NCBI GenBank assembly: GCA_964646345.1
Contig: CAZYDU010000002.1
Span: forward strand, 38,802 to 102,801
Length of the DNA stretch: 64,000 nucleotides
Reading direction: 5' to 3'
Source of the DNA: an uncultured Lachnospiraceae bacterium
GTDB taxonomy: Bacteria > Bacillota > Clostridia > Christensenellales > UBA1242
Shown here: in pieces, positions 27,161-35,879 of the stretch
How the letters are laid out: every line of letters starts with the position of its first letter
How positions within the stretch are numbered: position 1 is the first letter of the stretch
Notes under the pieces: generated by a model
Told to the model about the DNA's origin: nothing
What the model saw: only the letters and a program-made list of their open reading frames with translations
The model's database searches: none
Program-made: the position numbers and the translations under genes

Positions 27161-30007
27161 TTACTCTTTTACATAAATGTTTGATGTTTGGTCATTTTCT
27201 GAAAATAATGAAATAGCAAAAATATCAGAAGTGATATCAGTGGAACTAGTTAATAAAGAAATAGAAAGTTCTTTACCTATTAATTCACTATCACCTGAAC
27301 CTATAAACTCAATATTTGCAATAGTTTCGCCATTTTCATTTAATTCTGTAGACTTAATTTTCCAACATACATTCTCATTGAAAATATCTAAAATAGTTGT
27401 TTCAGTATATTTATTAAAACCAATAGAATTATTAATCTTAGAAATTAAATCATCTAAAGAAACATAGCCAAATTTATTATTAGAAATTAAATCATTATAA
27501 TTAGCTTTGATTGTAGGAGCTTCACTTATTCTAATTGAATAAACAGAACTATATTCATTAGTTAAAGGAAAATCAGAAGAAGTAATAAAATTCCCACCTT
27601 CATAAAACTGAACTTGAAAATCAATTTGCGAAACAGTTTCTGGAACTGTCCAAGTATATAATCCAGTATCACTATTAAAAGTATTAACTAGACCATTTGT
27701 TACTATTGAAAAATCAGCGGAATCTAGTTCATTGCATGAGAATGAGCAACCTTGAAAATAATAATTATATGAAATTTCATTAAATTCATAATGATTTAAT
27801 TCTTCATTCCATGTATAAAAATATATTCTCTTAAAATCAAAATCGTCTCTCATATCATAAACATAAATATATTTAGAAACATAGGTAATATAGTTATTTA
27901 AAATATTATCCGGTACTACGTTTTCTTCAGAAAAAGAATTTTCATATAGAACATAAGAACCTAAACCATTATCACTATAGTTTTTAAAAAGAGTACTATA
28001 AGTTTTACTACCATAAGTAACATAAGTAGTGGCAATAGACTCAAGACTATTTGAAGAAATATCGTCAGTTATAACCAATCTCTCAAATTCAATCTTATAA
28101 TGTTGAGTAGAATATTGACAAGCGACAACTATATCAGCTTTTACATTAGAAAATTTTAAAAGAACATAAGAATAATCTTTTTTATAATCTGAATAATTAA
28201 CATCAACATTTAAATTATTATCTTCAAAATTAAATTCATTTTCATTATAAGAGCAATTAAAAATCTCTAGATTATCATAAGCTGAAGATAATGAGCCTGT
28301 AGATGTTAAAGTTCCATTAAATGTAATCATGTGAGTTGTTTGGTCAAAACTTAATACATATGTAGAAGTTTTTTGAGAAGAACCGGGAATAGTATAAAGA
28401 ATATAAATTTTTGAAAGATATTCCCCAGCATTATAAGGTAAAATTAAAGAATAAACATTAGTATCTTCAATAACTTCTTTTTCACTTACAAAATCAGCTA
28501 TAGAACCTGTAGACTCACTTAAATTATTAATAGAACTAGTATAATTTGTTGAAGAAAAAACACTATAAAGACCTTTTCCTGTAGAGTCAGAATTATTATC
28601 GCCTATAGCAAAAGAATAGGTTGGTAATTTTTCAAACACTGCAATATATGTTACCTGTTCAGTTATAGCTGTTGTTTCTATGTCTTCAACTAAGTTTTCT
28701 CCGTCAACCGACCAACCTAAAAAGGTGTAACCTGTTTTTGTTGGTGCTTCAGGTAAAATTATATAATCATTCTTTTCTACGTTTTTAGAAAAATATACAA
28801 CATCATCTACCATAAACTGAACTAGTGGGTGCTTTTCATTCCAATAATAAACGTAAGATTTTTCAAGTATTTCTCGACTGGTCATATCTTCCGTTACTCC
28901 ATGAGAACTATATGCAACTACATAAACTCTCTTTGCGGTCTCAATATCCACTTCGTCTTCACTTTTTCCACTAATTGCTGAAGCAATAGAAATTATAAAC
29001 TTGTCGTTTGTTGCTCTAAAATTATCTTCGTAAACTCCTACTGCTGTATCATTCATTCCAAGATTTGGATAAATCCATAATTGTAAATCCTGGTCGGTTA
29101 ATAAGCTTGGGTCAGATGTATAATTTAAATAATTCCAACGTAAAGAAATTATTATTTCACTTACATCTTTTAGGTCATAAGGCAAGTCTTCTTTCGTTAA
29201 AATATTACCTGAATTATCATAATAATAAAGACTATCTAGACTACTATTATAGCTTGCTTCAGAAAGTGTTTTTGGGTTCATGGTGTCGAACTTTATTACA
29301 TATTTTGTAAATTCATAATTTTCTTTTATTGGATTAGAAAAAATAATTTTTTCGTCAAAATCCTGAATAAAATTAAAATCAGATGTATAAGTTACACCAT
29401 TATATGTTAAGCTTTCTCCAGCATTCAATTTAACATCTACCTGCAGGGCATTTACTTGCCATACTGCATAGTATTCAGTTTCAGCATTTTCAACAAGAAC
29501 TTCAGATAAATCTATAACATTTTCTCCGTCAACCGACCAACCTAGAAATTTATAGTTTGCACGTTTTGGCTCAGAAATTGTAAGTGTATCTAAGGTTTCG
29601 CCTTTAATATATCCATTTCTGCACACTAGCTCTTGACTATAGTTATTTACAGGAGTCTTTATGTTATAAAAGTTTACATAATTTAAATCTTCATAAATTC
29701 CGTATATTCTTTGGGAAAAACCAGTAGTTACTTTATTACCTTCAATTAAAGTTTTCCCGTCAAAAGAATAACCCATAAAACGCTTATCTTCAACTTCAGG
29801 TAAGTCAGCTAGTGTATACTCAGTACCTACAGGTATAACCACTTTATTAACAATTTCATTGTCTACCACTACAGATAAAGTAGCTGTATTTGACTCAGAT
29901 ACATATGTATCAGCAGTTGTAGATACATTTACTTTAAAATCATTTTTATCAAAATATGAATTCCACAATGCCACAGCTTCAGAACTGCCTTTTGTAGATA
30001 CTACCAT
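27161..30007 (-). CDS. Large surface/adsorption-type protein with Listeria-Bacteroides (Flg_new-type) repeats
   Basis: Repeated GY(T/K)FLGWSVDGEN...Y(I/Y)AV(F/W) modules, also visible as a DNA repeat near 28694 and 29519. The frame stays open for 97 more codons upstream, to 30298. Confidence 0.7.
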   Translation of the reverse strand: MVVSTKGSSEAVALWNSYFDKNDFKVNVSTTADTYVSESNTATLSVVVDNEIVNKVVIPVGTEYTLADLPEVEDKRFMGYSFDGKTLIEGNKVTTGFSQRIYGIYEDLNYVNFYNIKTPVNNYSQELVCRNGYIKGETLDTLTISEPKRANYKFLGWSVDGENVIDLSEVLVENAETEYYAVWQVNALQVDVKLNAGESLTYNGVTYTSDFNFIQDFDEKIIFSNPIKENYEFTKYVIKFDTMNPKTLSEASYNSSLDSLYYYDNSGNILTKEDLPYDLKDVSEIIISLRWNYLNYTSDPSLLTDQDLQLWIYPNLGMNDTAVGVYEDNFRATNDKFIISIASAISGKSEDEVDIETAKRVYVVAYSSHGVTEDMTSREILEKSYVYYWNEKHPLVQFMVDDVVYFSKNVEKNDYIILPEAPTKTGYTFLGWSVDGENLVEDIETTAITEQVTYIAVFEKLPTYSFAIGDNNSDSTGKGLYSVFSSTNYTSSINNLSESTGSIADFVSEKEVIEDTNVYSLILPYNAGEYLSKIYILYTIPGSSQKTSTYVLSFDQTTHMITFNGTLTSTGSLSSAYDNLEIFNCSYNENEFNFEDNNLNVDVNYSDYKKDYSYVLLKFSNVKADIVVACQYSTQHYKIEFERLVITDDISSNSLESIATTYVTYGSKTYSTLFKNYSDNGLGSYVLYENSFSEENVVPDNILNNYITYVSKYIYVYDMRDDFDFKRIYFYTWNEELNHYEFNEISYNYYFQGCSFSCNELDSADFSIVTNGLVNTFNSDTGLYTWTVPETVSQIDFQVQFYEGGNFITSSDFPLTNEYSSVYSIRISEAPTIKANYNDLISNNKFGYVSLDDLISKINNSIGFNKYTETTILDIFNENVCWKIKSTELNENGETIANIEFIGSGDSELIGKELSISLLTSSTDITSDIFAISLFSENDQTSNIYVKE

Positions 30008-30288
30008 ATCAGTAGAATAACGATTAAATCCGAATGTAAACGTTAATTCATCAGTTAATTTATAAACATTTCCTACATCATAAAAAGCATAATTATAAGT
30101 ACAAGTTAAATGATTGTTTGAATAATCTACAACTTTACATGGCTCGTCATTAACTAATACTTTATAGTTCTCATTTGAATCAAATTTTAAGCTTTTATCA
30201 GAGTGAAACTCAGCTTTATAAAGTGTATCATCAGAACCAGTTAAAACTACTTGGTCAAAGTCAAAATCTATATTTATTACATTATTAG

Positions 30289-30543
30289 TTATTTCAACTT
30301 ATTTGGTTTTATAATATCTTCAATTTTACCAAATATTCCACCTTCAGCGGTGTAATATTCATTTATTTTAATACCACTATACACACCCGAACAGCATATT
30401 AAAACTACACATAAACTAGCTACAATCATTCTGGAACCAGGTACTTTTATTAGAAGAACTACAACACCAATTATTAAGGCAATTAATAAAGAAAAGTTTA
30501 AAATGTCTTGAAATGAAATTCCAAATATCAACCAACTAAGCAT
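30289..30543 (-). CDS. Small membrane protein (84 aa)
   Basis: Two to three hydrophobic segments. Overlaps its upstream neighbour by 8 nt. Confidence 0.5.
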   Translation of the reverse strand: MLSWLIFGISFQDILNFSLLIALIIGVVVLLIKVPGSRMIVASLCVVLICCSGVYSGIKINEYYTAEGGIFGKIEDIIKPNKLK

Positions 30544-31843
30544 ATTCTTCTACCCCCTGTACTTTAAATTCTCCAAATGTATTTGTTTCAAAACCACCAA
30601 AGGTTATTCCACATTTATTCAGGTAATCGGTATCTATTTCTACTTGAATAATAATGTCATTAATGTAAGAGTCATAGTAGAATTTAAAATCAGTCTTTAA
30701 TGCAAATTTATAAACACCAACATCTTCAGTTGCAATTAATTCAAAATCTCTAATGTTTTCATTAAATTCAGCTTTTACAATGGACTTTCCATAAAGATAT
30801 GAACCGGTTTCTGCATCAGGATTAATATTTGCTGAACCATTCAACATTCCCATTAAACTTTCAGAAGATTTTGTCATGTCTCCATCATGCACATTAACTC
30901 GAATAATATAATAACTTTGGATTTCTTTTACTATTTTATTGTAATTATCCCCATCAAGAGATACTTTTGAATAACTTGAACCATCATACTCGTAATAATC
31001 GAAATAATCGCCAAAGTTAAAGATAATGTCTTGACTTGTACCTTTTTCTACACCACGAATTGAGTTGTAGAGAATTGTTGAAAAATAATTTAAGTCAAAT
31101 GATGCATATCCAGAATAACAACTATATGTATGTTTATTTAAAATTAAATAAGTTTGCGTAGAAACCTGTTCATAATAATCAACCTTGAATGTTTCATCGA
31201 GATTGTTTTTTACTTCTTTTTTTAAATCCATGTTATCGACAGAATAATAATAATCATAATAAGTTTTATCGCCTTTGAGTTTCATACCATAAAGTTTTTT
31301 ATTTTCTTCGTCACCAATTTGTATTCTAAAAAGAGAATCAGTATCAAGTGGACTTGCCATATCATTATTAATAGTAGTTTCAAATCCGTCAGCAGAAGCA
31401 TATTGAAATGAATTTAAATATTTAAAACTAGAATTTTGATATAAAAATGAATAACCGATAGTTTTTTCTTGAATTGGCCAACCTTTAGACCACTCCGACT
31501 CAGAACGTTTATCAAACCCAGTTCGATTAAAATAACTTAAGCTAAAATCTAAGCCTTTATCAGAATTTGCAACATATTGCACACCTTTCGAATAAAATGC
31601 ATTTTGGTCTTCGTCTCGCACATAATTAAAAACCACTTCAAATACATTATCATATAAATTAAGCTCTATAAATGGCTTCTTTTCTGTTGTTCCGTCAGCT
31701 TTCTTTATTTGCTGATACCCAATATTAAATGTTTGCGATACTATCTTATCCGGTGCTGTGTTAAGCATGTAAACATACCACACGTCTACACCTATTGCGA
31801 TAAATGATATAATCGCCATAAAAAATATTAAAAATTTCTTCAT
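30536..31843 (-). CDS. Hypothetical protein with N-terminal signal/anchor
   Basis: N-terminus MKKFLIFFMAIISFIAIGV, followed by a 400-aa Y/N/D-rich region. Confidence 0.5.
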   Translation of the reverse strand: MKKFLIFFMAIISFIAIGVDVWYVYMLNTAPDKIVSQTFNIGYQQIKKADGTTEKKPFIELNLYDNVFEVVFNYVRDEDQNAFYSKGVQYVANSDKGLDFSLSYFNRTGFDKRSESEWSKGWPIQEKTIGYSFLYQNSSFKYLNSFQYASADGFETTINNDMASPLDTDSLFRIQIGDEENKKLYGMKLKGDKTYYDYYYSVDNMDLKKEVKNNLDETFKVDYYEQVSTQTYLILNKHTYSCYSGYASFDLNYFSTILYNSIRGVEKGTSQDIIFNFGDYFDYYEYDGSSYSKVSLDGDNYNKIVKEIQSYYIIRVNVHDGDMTKSSESLMGMLNGSANINPDAETGSYLYGKSIVKAEFNENIRDFELIATEDVGVYKFALKTDFKFYYDSYINDIIIQVEIDTDYLNKCGITFGGFETNTFGEFKVQGVEEYA

Positions 31844-31908
31844 AGTTTCTCCTTTTCTTTGGATTTGAATTGACTAACTCGTCAGTGAATATACATCACT
31901 ATATTCAG

Positions 31909-31941
31909 AAAATAGCTAGAGTTTTTATCTAGCTATTTTTT
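31909..31941 (-). terminator. Hairpin terminator inside the element
   Basis: Stem AAAATAGCTAG/CTAGCTATTTT flanked by A/T runs, downstream of 31977-32435. Confidence 0.5.
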
Positions 31942-31976
31942 CGTATTTATTCATATTCCAAATGTTATATACTTTT

Positions 31977-32435
31977 TTATTTGCCTATATTTTCAAGTTG
32001 AGCTTTATATAAATTGTAATAATTAATTAAAGTTCTTCTTGATAATACGGATTTTGGGAAAAGTCGAATTGTTGAGCCGTCAGATAGTTCGTATAACATA
32101 CAAACATACACTCTTTCAATTTCCCCTTCTTCATTAATCTTTGGTTCTTCGATTAATGACTTGGTTTTAACAAAATCTTTTAAACCGGCATTCTTCATTG
32201 AAAGAAGCAAGTCATAAAAATTATCAGGGTCATTAAATTCTACAGTTACTCCATTAAATAAAGTAACAATGTATGGGTGTCTTGTACCATATTTTGACTT
32301 TATCTCGTGAAATTTTGCAGATTTAACAATGCAATTAATGTCTTCCCTAACAGTTAAATCCCTTTTACTTTCAGCTTCATTTACTGAATTTTTTGTTTCA
32401 ATTTCTGAAACATTTTCTACTACTTCGTTTTTCAT
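31977..32435 (-). CDS. Hypothetical protein
   Basis: 152-aa ORF with an AGGAG RBS. Confidence 0.45.
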   Translation of the reverse strand: MKNEVVENVSEIETKNSVNEAESKRDLTVREDINCIVKSAKFHEIKSKYGTRHPYIVTLFNGVTVEFNDPDNFYDLLLSMKNAGLKDFVKTKSLIEEPKINEEGEIERVYVCMLYELSDGSTIRLFPKSVLSRRTLINYYNLYKAQLENIGK

Positions 32436-32591
32436 AATTTTCTCCTACTTTTCGTTTATTTTTGATTTTAAGTAAAGGCTAGTTCCGGACCTATGCCGAT
32501 ACTTAATGGTATCATATACTCTAATAAATACAGGGAAATTAGAATATATGATTGGTAGTGGGTAGTATTTAAAGTGCCCCCACCAACATCA

Positions 32592-32774
32592 CTATTTCGT
32601 GCCTATTTTTGAGAAAAATGTTAAACCAATTTTTTCGAAAATATTAACATTTATCCAATCAGTTATATTTGGCAACCAGTTAAAAGCTTTACACAAGATT
32701 GCTACTAATGTTAAAACTAAAGCTATTAAAACTAGAGAACCTAGTATAATTAATATTCCTTTTAATACCTTCAT
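32592..32774 (-). CDS. Small single-TM protein (candidate virion coat protein)
   Basis: 60 aa with a strong GGGGGAG RBS and one long hydrophobic helix. Sits upstream of the structural block. Confidence 0.4.
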   Translation of the reverse strand: MKVLKGILIILGSLVLIALVLTLVAILCKAFNWLPNITDWINVNIFEKIGLTFFSKIGTK

Positions 32775-32821
32775 AACTCCCCCTTTATAACCAAATTGCT
32801 ATTGCAATCTAATTATTAAAA

Positions 32822-33019
32822 TTAATATCTACCCGGTCGTAATTCATTGATTTTTGAATTTACATCAGTTAAATTTGTATCATTAAAATTCTTTCTTATC
32901 CAATTAGATAAGCTTTCATAAGCTGTTTTCCAATCTTTAACTTGTATCATCAACTTACGTTTTTCAATATTACATTCATGTTTTAGAACTTCAATCTTTT
33001 CTTCAGCTGTTTGTTCCAT
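32822..33019 (-). CDS. Hypothetical small coiled-coil protein
   Basis: ORF overlapping its upstream neighbour by 17 nt. Confidence 0.35.
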   Translation of the reverse strand: MEQTAEEKIEVLKHECNIEKRKLMIQVKDWKTAYESLSNWIRKNFNDTNLTDVNSKINELRPGRY

Positions 33020-33224
33020 TATTAAGCTCCTTCATTAAATTTTTAACAATTTCAAAGGCATTTTGAAAGCCTTTGTCAAAATCAGTTTTAGTATCTAATT
33101 TTGAATAGAAATCAACTTTTTCAGTTAAGTTTCGGATAAAATAGTCCTGTTTTGCGTTTTTTATTCTAAAACATGATAATTCATGCTCTAAACTAATTAT
33201 TCTATTTTGTTGAGTAACACCCAT
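33003..33224 (-). CDS. Hypothetical small protein
   Basis: ORF with a GGGAG RBS. First gene after the structured intergenic region. Confidence 0.35.
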   Translation of the reverse strand: MGVTQQNRIISLEHELSCFRIKNAKQDYFIRNLTEKVDFYSKLDTKTDFDKGFQNAFEIVKNLMKELNNGTNS

Positions 33225-33506
33225 TTGTTTTTATCTCCCATTTTTTATTTTGAGCTGTCTCATCAGTAGTTATTTGCTCAATTCTAACTAGACAAGGGGA
33301 AGTTAGTTAAAAACCCCTTGTTTCGACTTAATTCCGTTGGCAGTTATGCTTCAATTCTTTAGGGCGAAGCAACCTTTTCAGCTGTAAAAATACCCCTGTA
33401 TAACATTAACGATTAAAAACTAATAAAAGGTTTATTATATTTTTATTTGGAGATAAAAAATAATGAAAATACCATACTTATAGTTACCTGTCAGCCACCA
33501 ACGGAG

Positions 33507-33764
33507 TTAATTGTATAAGTCAGGGTGATATGGTCTTGTTAAAAAATCATACATACCGTGGTAAAATTCACGCTTACCTTTAGAGAGTGTTATTCCTGAT
33601 TTGGTTTTTTTCAAATTCATGTCTGAAGCATATTCAGCACAAGTAATTCGAGTTCTTTCATTCTTGTAATAACCACTACTACCATACTTTTCCATGTTGT
33701 CATAAAAAACTTTTTCGCCAACTTTTAAACCAGAATAATATGCACTTGTTTTAGCCATAAGCAC
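33507..33764 (-). CDS. Hypothetical small protein
   Basis: ORF in the element, tightly packed against 33767-34060. Confidence 0.4.
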   Translation of the reverse strand: MLMAKTSAYYSGLKVGEKVFYDNMEKYGSSGYYKNERTRITCAEYASDMNLKKTKSGITLSKGKREFYHGMYDFLTRPYHPDLYN

Positions 33765-33766
33765 AC

Positions 33767-34060
33767 CTAACGTTTCTTTTTCTTTGCATTAAAACAATTA
33801 GCATTGTCTTTACCCCTATCCAGGTAACCAGCTCTATATGCTCTTTGAGCTTTAGTAAGCTTAATACCCTTTCCGTCTTTAGTACGTTTGGTTTCGTTCC
33901 TGTTAGTCTTAGCATAACCATGCTTAAGCTCTACTGCATACTTTCTTGATTTTTCATTAGGATTTAACAATATTACTACATTGCCTGTTTTTGGATTAAT
34001 CCAATCATGACCTTCTCCCGAATGAAATTTTGCAGGTTTTCCCTTTTTGTAATTTGACAT
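33767..34060 (-). CDS. Hypothetical small basic protein
   Basis: K/R-rich 97-aa ORF with a GGGGGG-type RBS. Confidence 0.4.
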   Translation of the reverse strand: MSNYKKGKPAKFHSGEGHDWINPKTGNVVILLNPNEKSRKYAVELKHGYAKTNRNETKRTKDGKGIKLTKAQRAYRAGYLDRGKDNANCFNAKKKKR

Positions 34061-34117
34061 AAAATTATTTCCCCCCCTTATTTGATTTTTATATTCACAG
34101 CTTTTAGCTGAAAATAT

Positions 34118-34438
34118 CTAATAAAATTTACAACCCTTTATATTCTTATATTTTTCCTTATTTGCTTTAGATAACTTATTAGATGCCGATATTAAATCAT
34201 AAACAACTCTTTCACCGGTGTCTAAATCATTAACAATATGTGTTACTTTTTTATTTAAATTACCTTTTGTTGGAGAAGTTTGATAACTTGTTGAAAATCT
34301 GCCTTTATGTGGTTTATCTAATTCAATACTTCTATCCCACCTACCGGTATCATGCGGAGCTTCAACAATTTTCTTTCCTTTTAAATAAAACTTACCATTT
34401 CTATCTCTATCATAGATTGTTTGTAAAAATATACCCAT
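34118..34438 (-). CDS. Hypothetical small basic protein
   Basis: First gene of the long leftward operon. Confidence 0.4.
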   Translation of the reverse strand: MGIFLQTIYDRDRNGKFYLKGKKIVEAPHDTGRWDRSIELDKPHKGRFSTSYQTSPTKGNLNKKVTHIVNDLDTGERVVYDLISASNKLSKANKEKYKNIKGCKFY

Positions 34439-34511
34439 ATTTTCAATCCTTTCCCCTTGACTTTATTTTTTTAATTTTGATATCATATTTTCAACAAGGG
34501 GGATTAAAAAT

Positions 34512-34742
34512 ATGAATATAGAACAAGCTTTAAAAAATGCCAAAGAATTTATTGATTTTAACTTAGGACAAAATAGAATTTCAAATTTTAACCTAAATGA
34601 ACCAATTATTTATGTAGCAAGCAAAAAAATTTTAGAAGACGACCCAGATTTAAAAATCTTTAAATCTAAATTAAATAAAATCGGTTATCAAATCTCGTCT
34701 ACAGAACAATCAAACAAATTTACAATCAATAAAATTCTCTAA
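34512..34742 (+). CDS. Hypothetical small protein
   Basis: GGGGGA RBS, with the terminator hairpin 34742-34770 immediately after. Confidence 0.4.
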   Translation: MNIEQALKNAKEFIDFNLGQNRISNFNLNEPIIYVASKKILEDDPDLKIFKSKLNKIGYQISSTEQSNKFTINKIL

Positions 34743-34771
34743 GTAACAGCTTTTGCTGTTACTATTTTTAT

Positions 34772-35005
34772 TTAATATTCAAAATCTGTTGTAACTTTTC
34801 GAGTTCCTTTTATTGCAGACCAATCTCCATAAACATCATTTGTTTTTGAACAAAAAAATACTTTATCCGAAAAATTATAATCATCTTTTATATAAATTGT
34901 CCTACTTGGTTTTCCATTTTTATCAAGTAATTTAAAATGTGTTCCTTTAGGTAAAAACCTTAATTCACAAGTTCCAATAAAACTTTTACTATGTTTCTTA
35001 ATCAT
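34772..35005 (-). CDS. Hypothetical small protein divergent from the XRE regulator
   Basis: 77-aa ORF with an AGGAGCAAAG RBS region. Confidence 0.4.
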   Translation of the reverse strand: MIKKHSKSFIGTCELRFLPKGTHFKLLDKNGKPSRTIYIKDDYNFSDKVFFCSKTNDVYGDWSAIKGTRKVTTDFEY

Positions 35006-35028
35006 ATATCTTTGCTCCTTTTTTATTG

Positions 35029-35145
35029 AATTTTAGATTTATATTCTATATTTACAATTAAAATATAGACAACTATTCTATTTTTGTCAAATAAAATTAG
35101 AATATATTTCTATTTTTTTTTAAAAAATTAGATTTTATTGAAAAT
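35029..35145. promoter_or_regulatory. Divergent promoter/operator region of the XRE regulator
   Basis: Three direct copies of AA(T/A)(T/A)TTAGA(T/A)TT(A/T)TAT-like sequence start near 35029, 35094 and 35125. There is also a 9-bp inverted repeat TCTATATTT/AAATATAGA (35045-35069). Confidence 0.4.
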
Positions 35146-35186
35146 GCAAAAAAAAATATATAATATCTACTTAGGAGATAAAAAAA

Positions 35187-35510
35187 ATGGAAATAAACCA
35201 AAATCTAAAAAAAATAAGAAATCAAAATAAAATAACTCAAAAAGAATTAGCAGAAAAATCAGGTGTTCCATATGCAAATTACAACAAATATGAAACAACA
35301 ACAACAATTCCAGATATTGAAACACTAATAAAATTAGCTAATTTTTACAACATCTCGCTAGATTATTTAGTGGGAAGAAAATTCGGAAACGATATCGGTT
35401 TTCTAACCGACGACCAATTCCAAAACTTAAAAATTATTCTTTCACTATCTGAAAAAAATCAATATAAAGTGTTTGGCTATGCCCTATCACTTTTACAAAA
35501 TCAAAATTAA
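35187..35510 (+). CDS. XRE-family (Cro/CI-type) HTH regulator
   Basis: ITQKELAEKSGVPYANYNKYE...LIKLANFYNISLDYLVGR is the classic HTH_3 pattern. Confidence 0.85.
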   Translation: MEINQNLKKIRNQNKITQKELAEKSGVPYANYNKYETTTTIPDIETLIKLANFYNISLDYLVGRKFGNDIGFLTDDQFQNLKIILSLSEKNQYKVFGYALSLLQNQN

Positions 35511-35613
35511 ATGAGAAAATAATCAACTAAACCACCCTATTGAAAATCTAAACAATTAGTTATATAATACCTTAACCACTTTAGTGGAATAAAAATTAAG
35601 GAGTTATATAAAA

Positions 35614-35679
35614 ATGAGTAATGAAGAAATTAGGCAAAAAATTGCCGAAAATTTTTATATAACACAACTATTCAACTAG
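35614..35679 (+). CDS. Mini-ORF (21 codons) with strong RBS upstream of the integrase
   Basis: AAGGAG at 35598-35603 and ATG at 35614. The -1 frame is open from 35634 into the integrase ATG. Confidence 0.25.
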   Translation: MSNEEIRQKIAENFYITQLFN

Positions 35680-35879
35680 AAACTAAATTAACAAACATTC
35701 AACAAGAACTAAATAAGCTAGAAGTTGAAACTAACCAATGTATTAATGCTGTTGCACTACTACAAGGCTATTTTCGGGCTAAATTATCAGAAGAAAACAA
35801 ATCAGATAAAAAGATAAACAAAGATAAATCTAAAGAAAAAAGTGTCAACATAAAACAGCAAAAAAGGAGCGATGTTGAC

